Program-made: the position numbers and the translations under genes | Notes under the pieces: generated by a model | Seen by the model: the letters and a program-made list of their open reading frames with translations, nothing else | Told to the model about the DNA's origin: nothing | Database searches by the model: none | Source: Marine Group II euryarchaeote MED-G33 | GTDB lineage: Archaea; Thermoplasmatota; Poseidoniia; Poseidoniales; Thalassarchaeaceae | NCBI GenBank assembly: GCA_949538655.1 | Contig: CATISE010000078.1 | Location: forward strand, 1-34,400 | Direction of reading: 5' to 3' | Length of the DNA stretch: 34,400 nucleotides | Shown: positions 18,351 through 25,879 of the stretch, in pieces | How the letters are laid out: each line of letters starts with the position of its first letter | Position numbering within the stretch: position 1 is the stretch's first letter

Positions 18351-19319
18351 ATGCTCGGGGGGCGAGGTGTACTGGCGGTCTTATTCACCACCATTTTTTT
18401 ACTCTCAACAGCCCCAATTATTGGCGCGCAGGAAGACGAACCGGCCTATGTTCGGGCCGAATCTTATTTGGTGGTTGTTCACGACAATGTTACGCATGAT
18501 TCCGGCGCCTATACCCAAGGTCTGGAGTTTTATCAAGGACGTTTGTTTGAATCCACGGGCAAGTATGGGGAATCAACACTTCGGGAAGTGAACCTTTCAA
18601 CAGGTGAAGTCATTCGTTCACTCAATCTATCTGGAGACGAATTCGGAGAAGGGATGACATTCGTTGGGGATGAGATTGTTCAACTGACTTGGAAGAATGG
18701 AACTGCATATCGCTACGACATGGATACGTTTGAGATCATTGCGAATTATTCCTATGCCGGTGAAGGCTGGGGGTTGGCCTATGATGGGCAGCACCTCATC
18801 ATGTCAGATGGTTCCGATGTGTTACAATTTCGAAACGCTTCTACATTTGAACTAGTGTCGACCCTAAATGTGACATTGAACAATCAATCTCTTAACCGTA
18901 TTAATGAACTTGAGATGGTCGGAGATCTATTGATGGCAAATATTTACCAAACCGATGAGATTGTCGCAATCGATCTGGTTTCCGGTGTGGTCGTCGAGCA
19001 TATCGATGCGAGTAATCTGAATTCCTCTGGTGGGGAGGTGCTGAATGGAATCGCCTTCGATTCGACAACACAATCCTTGTGGGTCACAGGGAAATATTGG
19101 CCGAAAATGTACAATATTACATTCACCGTTCCAGAACCAGAAATTCAGGATCCACCAGGTTCTGAAATCATCGAAGAGGAAATCATCACCTCAACGACTG
19201 TCAATTCAATATTTTCCGAGGCGATTCTATTCTCTCTGTTAACCCTCACAGTGATTCTATGGGCCATGAACTTGAAGGACGGCGGACCCAACCCACCGGA
19301 TAGGGGGCCTTCTGAGTGA
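18351..19319 (+). CDS. Glutaminyl-peptide cyclotransferase (plant/bacterial beta-propeller type), secreted, with a C-terminal TM anchor
   Basis: YTQGLEF, FESTGKYGESTLR, FGEGMT, QLTWK, EGWGLA, SDGSD, INELE, ANIYQ, VLNGIA, VTGKYWP. Signal peptide ..IIGA|QEDEP and C-terminal TM AILFSLLTLTVILWAM. Confidence 0.93.
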   Translation: MLGGRGVLAVLFTTIFLLSTAPIIGAQEDEPAYVRAESYLVVVHDNVTHDSGAYTQGLEFYQGRLFESTGKYGESTLREVNLSTGEVIRSLNLSGDEFGEGMTFVGDEIVQLTWKNGTAYRYDMDTFEIIANYSYAGEGWGLAYDGQHLIMSDGSDVLQFRNASTFELVSTLNVTLNNQSLNRINELEMVGDLLMANIYQTDEIVAIDLVSGVVVEHIDASNLNSSGGEVLNGIAFDSTTQSLWVTGKYWPKMYNITFTVPEPEIQDPPGSEIIEEEIITSTTVNSIFSEAILFSLLTLTVILWAMNLKDGGPNPPDRGPSE

Positions 19320-20095
19320 GTGATGATGAAGACCTGGTTGTTCAGTTAAATCTCGATGAAGAAGTCGAAGCCGCCGCCCGCCTTGGTTCCCAAGAAGAGG
19401 CGCTTGAATGGTCTAGCAATGTAGCGGTTACTTTGATTGTTGTTGGTTCGTTGATGGGCCTTTGGTTCGGAGCGTTACTGTTTGCTGCGGATCCTCAAGA
19501 TGTGCTTGAAAACCCCCTATTTATCGATAATAATACTGCAACCGTAAGTGGTCAAATTTTGTCTGCAGTGGATCAGGGGAACCTTACTGGTGGAGATCCC
19601 ATTGAAGGCATTCAAGTGATCTTGTTGGATATCGAGGACAAGCCCACCCCCCACAGTGCCTATACCAATCGAGATGGGCGTTTTTCAATGACTGATGTTC
19701 CCAAAGAACAATCATTCATTCTCAAAGTTGCTCATTCTGGAAACCAAACCCTCCGAATCACATTCAACCCAGGTGACCAAGCAGATTTGTCATTGACCAT
19801 GACTCCTGGTGAAGGGGTTATCGAAGAGGATTTGCGACGCGACTCTCATCTCGAAGGGGCTGTATTACTCGCATCTGTAGTCGCATCACTGACGGTCATT
19901 TCAGCATTATTTGGCCTCGTTGGTGCGACTGAAGCCAGACGGGGCAAGCGTTACCGCAGAACTCAGTACCTTTGTGGACTTGCTCTATTTAGTCGGGGTG
20001 GTATTTTCATTGGACCCATGCTAATTTTGGCAGGGATGGGGATGCTTTCAGCGACAAAGCACCAGTTCGACGATATCGAAGAAGCCGAGGATTGA
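19316..20095 (+). CDS. Membrane protein with an extracellular carboxypeptidase-regulatory-like (prealbumin-fold) domain
   Basis: One N-terminal TM, VSGQIL...PIEGIQVIL...TNRDGRFSMTDVP motif, then 2-3 C-terminal TMs. The GTG start overlaps the upstream TGA (GTGA). Confidence 0.7.
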   Translation: MSDDEDLVVQLNLDEEVEAAARLGSQEEALEWSSNVAVTLIVVGSLMGLWFGALLFAADPQDVLENPLFIDNNTATVSGQILSAVDQGNLTGGDPIEGIQVILLDIEDKPTPHSAYTNRDGRFSMTDVPKEQSFILKVAHSGNQTLRITFNPGDQADLSLTMTPGEGVIEEDLRRDSHLEGAVLLASVVASLTVISALFGLVGATEARRGKRYRRTQYLCGLALFSRGGIFIGPMLILAGMGMLSATKHQFDDIEEAED

Positions 20096-20104
20096 GGTGC
20101 GAAA

Positions 20105-21445
20105 ATGTACCTGATTACCGTTGAGGGTGGGGATGGTTCGGGCAAAGGTCTGGCCACAAAAATGATTGCTGAAATTTTACAGCAAGAATTCACATTTTCT
20201 GGTGTGGACGTTACCGCTGAACCACGTCGAGATGCCGAACTGGGGTTGCTGGCGGTTGAAGCAGTCCGCACAGGTGATGCAGGACCGACCAGAGAGGCCG
20301 TATATTTCGCAGCAGATCGTATGGACCACTCGCATACTTGGATTCGTCCAAGATTGGGGCAGGGTCGTGTGATTGTCAGTGAGCGAAATATCCACTCTTC
20401 TTTGGTCTACCAAGGGGTGGTAGGAGATCTCGGAATCGAGGAAGTCGCCCGCATGAACGCAGCTGCGATGATTCCAGATCTCTGCATCTGGGTCGATTGT
20501 GATCCAGGAGCAGCATTGCGTAGAATTGAACAAGATACACTTCGAATCACACTCGACAAGTCAGAATATTTTGAAACTGATGAGTATCAGAAAAAAATTC
20601 GTCAAGGGTACCATGATTTACTCGGTGGAACTGTTCCAATGCCCTCTCCATTCAACCGGGGGCGCGTAGTAGGGCCCATTGTCAATGATAGCACAAAGGG
20701 GGAGTTGCGGAAGAAATTGCAACTTGAAATCCGGCGATTTCTGCATGAACGTCCAAAGCCACTGAATGTTTCGACCGAAGAAGTCGACCTTCACATGCTG
20801 GGTCGGGCTTTGGTTTCTCAGCGAGGACAAACAACCCTGGATGTAGTCGAATCACGGCCTCCTCGTAGCAATTTGGATTGGCTAGATTCACGCAAACCTT
20901 GGGAAATTGTTCGCGACTCTACGAAGATCTATGTCGATGCCATTCAGGCGTCGGACACACCCTCACGTCTCGATGCACCTGCGGATCCTCTTAGCCATCC
21001 AGTGCTAGCCATCGTCGGGACTCTTTCTTTGCTCCCGAGCGTTGAGATTCATGAGTTGAGGACGTGGCTAGGCCCGGTCCGGATGGTAACGGAGAGGCAC
21101 ACACGTAGGATGGTGAAAATATTCCATGAACAATCTGGCTGGGTTAGGGTCTATCGCTCGCTGGTCGGTGGCGATGCTTCACGCTCTGAATTGCGTTCTG
21201 ACTGGCAGGCTTTCGGTCGAATTGGAATTGCACTGTGGCCACTCAAAGAAGCCCTTTCTGAATGGCGCAAGACACATCCAGGATCATCTTGGAAACATGC
21301 ACTCAGTGCATCATTGTCATCTGAACCAAACGCTGCACAATCATGCCTTTCTCGATTGGCCTTGCTGGGTTCTGGTAAGGCAGAAGTTCCACCCCCAAGC
21401 AACCGTGAAGAACTCATCACTTGGTGGCAAAATGGTGCTGTTTGA
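20105..21445 (+). CDS. tmk: Thymidylate kinase (dTMP kinase) domain fused to a ~230 aa C-terminal domain of unknown function
   Basis: LITVEGGDGSGKG, TAEP, YFAADRMDH, IRPRLGQGRVIVSERNIHSSLVYQG, PDLCIWVD, FE...YQKKIRQGY. RBS GAGGTG at 20094-20099. Confidence 0.85.
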   Translation: MYLITVEGGDGSGKGLATKMIAEILQQEFTFSGVDVTAEPRRDAELGLLAVEAVRTGDAGPTREAVYFAADRMDHSHTWIRPRLGQGRVIVSERNIHSSLVYQGVVGDLGIEEVARMNAAAMIPDLCIWVDCDPGAALRRIEQDTLRITLDKSEYFETDEYQKKIRQGYHDLLGGTVPMPSPFNRGRVVGPIVNDSTKGELRKKLQLEIRRFLHERPKPLNVSTEEVDLHMLGRALVSQRGQTTLDVVESRPPRSNLDWLDSRKPWEIVRDSTKIYVDAIQASDTPSRLDAPADPLSHPVLAIVGTLSLLPSVEIHELRTWLGPVRMVTERHTRRMVKIFHEQSGWVRVYRSLVGGDASRSELRSDWQAFGRIGIALWPLKEALSEWRKTHPGSSWKHALSASLSSEPNAAQSCLSRLALLGSGKAEVPPPSNREELITWWQNGAV

Positions 21446-22222
21446 TTATTCACTTTCATCTTGGGTGTTCACTGCAGCTGACAAACGGGCACCTGCTGGG
21501 AGGTGGACCTGAGATGCATCAAAACCGAATTTCTCAGGCCTTGATGACAAGCTTGCACACAAATACCATCCAATGATGAAGCCAAATGGGAGTCCGGTTA
21601 GGATACGCATTGGGTTGATTGATTCGTAGTCAGTGATGGCTTGGATGCCCCCATCCAGCACAACAGGTAAACAAAATAGTACACCCATTCCAAGCATGGC
21701 GGGCAATCGTCGATCTTTCATGTAGAGGGGGGCAATCATTGAATCGGGTAGGAGGGTTAGGAATGAGTCGCGTATGGTCCATCGATTCAGCCCACGTCTT
21801 GAAAACCACCAACTGCCCAGGGCGAGTCCGAAGAAAATACCAACATCACGGGTACACACTGGCATTTGGTTGCCATTGATTACCCAGGAACGTTCATGCT
21901 TTTGATGGCAATTCAAATCGCCAAAAGCATAGACGAATGCAAAGTATGGGTTGAGTTCTGACCAAGCAAAAGTCCCGCCATGGGCACTTTGGTTGTGCCC
22001 CATTTCACCACCCTCATGGTGATCTTGATTCCCCCATGATCCTTCGGATGTGTAATCCATCATATTGGCTCGACCCGACAGTTCGGGGACGGTGCCATGT
22101 GGCATCAAAATTGGAACTAGAAACATCGAGATACAGTAGAATGCAACGATTCGGAAAACCCATCGGCTGACCTTAATTTCACGGTCGCGACCACTCAACC
22201 CATTCCGATAGGGTGGCTCCAT
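21446..22222 (-). CDS. DUF2085-family membrane protein
   Basis: NCHQKHERSW..NGNQMPVCTRDVGI and LDGGIQ...ESINPMRILTG motifs, with several TM helices. Confidence 0.85.
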   Translation of the reverse strand: MEPPYRNGLSGRDREIKVSRWVFRIVAFYCISMFLVPILMPHGTVPELSGRANMMDYTSEGSWGNQDHHEGGEMGHNQSAHGGTFAWSELNPYFAFVYAFGDLNCHQKHERSWVINGNQMPVCTRDVGIFFGLALGSWWFSRRGLNRWTIRDSFLTLLPDSMIAPLYMKDRRLPAMLGMGVLFCLPVVLDGGIQAITDYESINPMRILTGLPFGFIIGWYLCASLSSRPEKFGFDASQVHLPAGARLSAAVNTQDESE

Positions 22223-22309
22223 GTTGGCTGGACTGCCAGTCGCATCTAATGTGCTTGCTGTTTCAATCTCTGCCGCCTCTTTGATAGCCGGCGACGTGGC
22301 GGCACATAC

Positions 22310-23086
22310 ATGACCGAGTTGAGACCGAGGGACTTGTTCACTCTCTCGGGCGTCATGGGTCTTATGATTGGCACAATGTCCTTTTTCATGTATATCTTTG
22401 CAAATGGGATGGATGTTTCCAATCTTGATCGGGCCATGGAAATCGGCGGGGTTGTCGGCGGTTCAACCGCTCTGGTTTTCCTCAGTTACACATCAGTTCG
22501 CTATGTGGAGCGCAATCGAAAGTTGGCAACAGCCACCGTTGAAATCGACACACTCGATCGTTTGCAAATGCTACTTCACCCAATCGAAGAGGCTGCAGTA
22601 ACCCTTCCATGGGCGGATGAAAAGCCGTGGACTACCTCCAGTCATGTCCGGCGTGACCGCGGTGTTTTGAGTGTGGATTTACATGATTTGGACCTTAAAC
22701 AAGCGAGAGCGACCATAGAACTCATTATCGCTTCTCGAGATTGGCTCGGACGGATTCGAATTGTCACTGGCCGAGGATTGCATTCGGCGACAGTTCCGAA
22801 GATTAGACCGATGGCCATTGAAAGACTACGCCAGGTCACAAGTAGACTCAATTGGGAATTACTCATGAAGAAAGGATCGGTGACCCTTCGCCCAATTGGG
22901 GCAGCCCCAACCCTGACGAAGTGGTTTTTGAGATTCATTTTCTTGGGTAGCCCGATTACTGTTGCCTTCGCATTGGCTTTCCGTGACCTTGCTGGCGAGG
23001 GAGCGCATACGCAAGGGCTCCAAGTCGGGGTTGTGCTGGGGATTCTTTTGAGCGGTCTACTCGCATCCTACAGAGAGCGTCAGTGA
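22310..23086 (+). CDS. Smr (small MutS-related) domain protein with two N-terminal and two C-terminal TM helices
   Basis: SVDLHDLDLKQARATI (DLH at 22676-22684) and IRIVTGRGLHS (TGRGLHS at 22766-22786) are the Smr signature motifs; four hydrophobic helices flank the domain. Confidence 0.8.
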   Translation: MTELRPRDLFTLSGVMGLMIGTMSFFMYIFANGMDVSNLDRAMEIGGVVGGSTALVFLSYTSVRYVERNRKLATATVEIDTLDRLQMLLHPIEEAAVTLPWADEKPWTTSSHVRRDRGVLSVDLHDLDLKQARATIELIIASRDWLGRIRIVTGRGLHSATVPKIRPMAIERLRQVTSRLNWELLMKKGSVTLRPIGAAPTLTKWFLRFIFLGSPITVAFALAFRDLAGEGAHTQGLQVGVVLGILLSGLLASYRERQ

Positions 23087-23224
23087 CTATTCCCAAGTGG
23101 GGGCACCTTCACAGCACGCTTCCACAACATGGCCACAGCGTGGACATTCCATGTGTTGTCTCCGAGGGACAGCTCTCCCCTTGTATCCACAGTGGCAGGT
23201 AATCGTCTCACAATAGTCTGCCAT
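23087..23224 (-). CDS. Small Cys-rich CPxCG-type zinc-finger protein (45 aa), not in the ORF track
   Basis: MADYCETITCHCGYKGRAVPRRQHMECPRCGHVVEACCEGAPTWE*: seven Cys arranged as C, CHC, CPRC and CC. It fills the gap between the Smr gene stop and tRNA-Glu. Confidence 0.75.
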   Translation of the reverse strand: MADYCETITCHCGYKGRAVPRRQHMECPRCGHVVEACCEGAPTWE

Positions 23225-23254
23225 GCACAAGGCGTGTCATAGACGGTCGAAAAG

Positions 23255-23329
23255 TGCTCGTGCCGGAATTCGAATCCGGGTCAGCGGGATGAAAACCCAC
23301 CATGATGGGCCTGGCTACACCACACGAGC
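23255..23329 (-). tRNA. tRNA-Glu(TTC), CCA not encoded, no intron
   Basis: Reverse complement GCTCGTG-TGGTGTAGCCAGGCCCATCAT-G-GTGGG-TTTTCAT-CCCGC-TGAC-CCGGATTCGAATTCCGG-CACGAGC-A. Confidence 0.95.
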
Positions 23330-23370
23330 GACAGACTTCGCGCAGTCAATCGGGTTGATGAGGGGTTCGG

Positions 23371-23982
23371 TCATTCTTCCTCATCAAGAAGTCCATCCCA
23401 CCACTTTTTGGCCGGTATGGAAATCACAATCAAGAGAATACTCAGTATGATCCAGACAATGGGGTTCGTGAGTGCATCGTACAGGCGATCACCCCAGAGT
23501 CCAATGGCGATGGCTTGGATGCCAAATCGTAGACCGCGACCCCATAAGCCAGCGATGATGAATCTTCGATAATCCATCTCGCCCATGCCGGCAACCCAAG
23601 CTAGGACTTTGTATGGGATTGGGGAAATTGCGGCGATGAAGATTCCAGCATCGCCATAACGAACAATCAGTTCATCCAATCTAGCAATATGGTTCGGTTT
23701 GATGTACCGGTCCGCCAAGGGGCGCCCTAATTTTTTACCAAACCACCATCCTACCATCGCCCCTGCTACACTGGTAAATGTGACCACGGACCAAATCAGG
23801 AAAATCATCACCGGGTTTCCTTGGTTGGCGATGAACATCGGTAGTGTGAGGACTTCTGGAGGGATTGGTTGTATGAATGACTCTGTGAAAGAAAGAACGG
23901 CCAGACCCGGCAAACCGAGACTGTCAGCCCAATTCACGAAGGAATCAATGGCCGACCAGAAACTGGGTGGGAGCAGGCCCAT
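23371..23982 (-). CDS. DedA/VTT (YqaA-like) membrane protein
   Basis: SFTESFIQPIPPEVL, SVAGAMVGWWFGKKLGR, ISPIPYKVLAWVAG, GRGLRF. Confidence 0.9.
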   Translation of the reverse strand: MGLLPPSFWSAIDSFVNWADSLGLPGLAVLSFTESFIQPIPPEVLTLPMFIANQGNPVMIFLIWSVVTFTSVAGAMVGWWFGKKLGRPLADRYIKPNHIARLDELIVRYGDAGIFIAAISPIPYKVLAWVAGMGEMDYRRFIIAGLWGRGLRFGIQAIAIGLWGDRLYDALTNPIVWIILSILLIVISIPAKKWWDGLLDEEE

Positions 23983-24071
23983 GTGTGCAAGGCGGGTGAT
24001 AGAAGGGATGACCCTTTCCCATCATCGACAGGTGCGGAAGGCTGATGTCACATCGATGCTGCCTTGCCGAC

Positions 24072-24527
24072 ATGGAGGTTCTCGATACGGCTGCATTACT
24101 CACCTGGCCGCTGGAGATGCTCATGCATGGGGTCTGCTCAGTCAGCCAATTGGATGAAGTTGAGCGATTATCACCTTCACGCCACCTCATGATTGAATCG
24201 CAGGGCCCTGATTTTCAATCACCCACTCCCGCTTCGCTTGAACTTGCAACCTTGGCCAGCCAAGAAACCGGTGATTTCAGCGGTCTATCCAATGTAGATC
24301 TAGATGTCCTGGCGCTGGCATTTTCAACCGGATTGACATTGGTTACAGATGATTACAGAATGCAAAATGTCTGCCAACACCGCGGACATCCTTGGCGTGG
24401 AGTCATCCAAGATGGTGTCCGGGAAGTTCGAACCCATGCTTTGGTCTGCAAGGGTTGTGGCGCAGTGCACAAGCAAGGTGAAAATTGTCCAGATTGTGGA
24501 TCAATACTCGAATTTAAGAGGGTCTAG
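24072..24527 (+). CDS. nob1: Nob1-like rRNA maturation endonuclease (PIN domain + Zn ribbon)
   Basis: VLDTAALL, ETGD..GLSNVDLDVLALA, LVTDDYRMQNV, CKGCG...CPDCGS. ATG 24072 preferred over 24045. Confidence 0.9.
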   Translation: MEVLDTAALLTWPLEMLMHGVCSVSQLDEVERLSPSRHLMIESQGPDFQSPTPASLELATLASQETGDFSGLSNVDLDVLALAFSTGLTLVTDDYRMQNVCQHRGHPWRGVIQDGVREVRTHALVCKGCGAVHKQGENCPDCGSILEFKRV

Positions 24528-24531
24528 ATTC

Positions 24532-24557
24532 CAATTGGAAATTTAATTTTCCAATTG
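24532..24557. terminator. AT-rich inverted repeat between convergent nob1 and tatA, possible bidirectional terminator
   Basis: CAATTGGAAA-TTTAAT-TTTCCAATTG (10-bp stem) fills most of the 31-nt spacer and overlaps the palindrome TTCCAATTGGAA (24529-24540). Confidence 0.45.
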
Positions 24558-24558
24558 A

Positions 24559-24837
24559 TTATTCTGACATTTCGCCTTCAACTTCATCAGGTGTCTTTCC
24601 TTCTACATCAACCCCAGAATCTTCGGCTTTTTCCGTCAATTCTGCAGCCTCGGTACGGCCACCACGATCCAAATCTTCTTCAGTTGAATCCCCAGCATTC
24701 TTGACATCTGCCAAACCTTGGTGGAATTCACCCTTTGCTTGCCCCATCGCTCGAGCGAGTTTGGGCAACTCCTTCGCTCCGAATAGAATGAAGAAGGCCA
24801 CGAGTACGATTACAAGTTCCTGAGTACCGAATGCCAT
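24559..24837 (-). CDS. tatA: Twin-arginine translocase TatA/TatE subunit
   Basis: MAFGTQELVIVLVAFFILFGAKELPKLARAMGQAKGEF: TM, FG hinge, amphipathic helix, acidic tail. Start moved from 24876 to ATG 24837. Confidence 0.93.
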   Translation of the reverse strand: MAFGTQELVIVLVAFFILFGAKELPKLARAMGQAKGEFHQGLADVKNAGDSTEEDLDRGGRTEAAELTEKAEDSGVDVEGKTPDEVEGEMSE

Positions 24838-24888
24838 GTGCTTACCGAACCCTGCTGAGCGAGCCAGCCCATTCAAGATTGCGCATGA

Positions 24889-25116
24889 TTAACCGCCTGA
24901 AACCGGTGGAAGTAGAGCAATTTCAGAACCCACCTTCAATTGGGTGGAAATCGGCATAATTTCACCATCCATGGCCGTTTTTACGTAATCCGTGTCCACA
25001 CCAAGGTGATTTAGCAAGTCCTCAATGGAACTATTTTCTGGCATTTCAATTGTGAGTTCACTCGAATCGAATTTGTCGCGCAGTGGGCCGAAAAGAAGGA
25101 CTGTATGGGGATTCAT
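24889..25116 (-). CDS. MoaD/ThiS-family ubiquitin-like sulfur carrier (SAMP-like)
   Basis: 75 aa; VLLFGPLRD and the C-terminal EIALLPPVSGG di-glycine motif. Confidence 0.92.
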   Translation of the reverse strand: MNPHTVLLFGPLRDKFDSSELTIEMPENSSIEDLLNHLGVDTDYVKTAMDGEIMPISTQLKVGSEIALLPPVSGG

Positions 25117-25140
25117 CTGGGGTTCGCTACAGCCGGAGTG

Positions 25141-25146
25141 TTATAT
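25141..25146. promoter_or_regulatory. Putative bidirectional TATA box between the divergent MoaD/SAMP and ABC ATPase genes
   Basis: TTATAT / ATATAA at the centre of a 53-nt spacer, about 24-30 nt from both ATGs (25116 and 25170). Confidence 0.6.
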
Positions 25147-25169
25147 CCCTGCTCCACCCACAGTAAGTC

Positions 25170-25868
25170 ATGACGACAGTACTCGAAGCGCTTGATTTGT
25201 GGAAGGTGTACGAAACAGGCTCAAACAGGGTGGAAGCTCTACGCAAAGTCAGCGTATCTCTGGAAGCCGGTGAAATGGTTGCTGTCATGGGTCCCAGTGG
25301 ATGTGGAAAGACAACACTTCTCAATTGCCTTTCTGGGTTGGATGAAATCACGGCAGGCGATGTTCTAATCCAAGACCAAGCATTGTCGCAGATGTCCGAT
25401 TATGACCTCACAGCACTACGTGGCTCACAGTTGGGATTCATTTTCCAATCATTCAATTTGCTACCCGTATTGACTGCAGTAGAAAATGTCGAACTCCCCT
25501 TGTTGATGGCTGGCTGCTCACCCCGTGAGGCACGTGAGCGAGCCTTGGCAGCATTGGAAGCGGTTGGTTTAGGGGAGCGAGATGGCCATTTACCATCGGA
25601 ATTGTCAGGTGGACAGCAGCAGCGTGTCACGATTGCCCGCTCTTTTGTTCATGACCCCGCGGTTATTTTCGCCGATGAAGCGACCGGAAACCTAGACTCT
25701 CAGACCAGTGATGAAATCATTGATTTATTGCTAAATTTGAATTCTGAAAGGGGTGTGACAATGATGCTTGTAACACACGATTCGGAGATTGCCGACCGCT
25801 GTTCCCGAGTGTTGGTCATGCAGGATGGTCGAATTGTGGAAGATCGGCGTACTGGAGAAGAGGAATAA
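25170..25868 (+). CDS. ABC transporter ATP-binding protein, LolD/MacB/FtsE (type VII) family
   Basis: Walker A GPSGCGKT, GFIFQSFNL, signature LSGGQQQR, Walker B IFADEATGNLD, VTHD. Confidence 0.97.
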   Translation: MTTVLEALDLWKVYETGSNRVEALRKVSVSLEAGEMVAVMGPSGCGKTTLLNCLSGLDEITAGDVLIQDQALSQMSDYDLTALRGSQLGFIFQSFNLLPVLTAVENVELPLLMAGCSPREARERALAALEAVGLGERDGHLPSELSGGQQQRVTIARSFVHDPAVIFADEATGNLDSQTSDEIIDLLLNLNSERGVTMMLVTHDSEIADRCSRVLVMQDGRIVEDRRTGEEE

Positions 25869-25879
25869 GGGGTTTTTCC

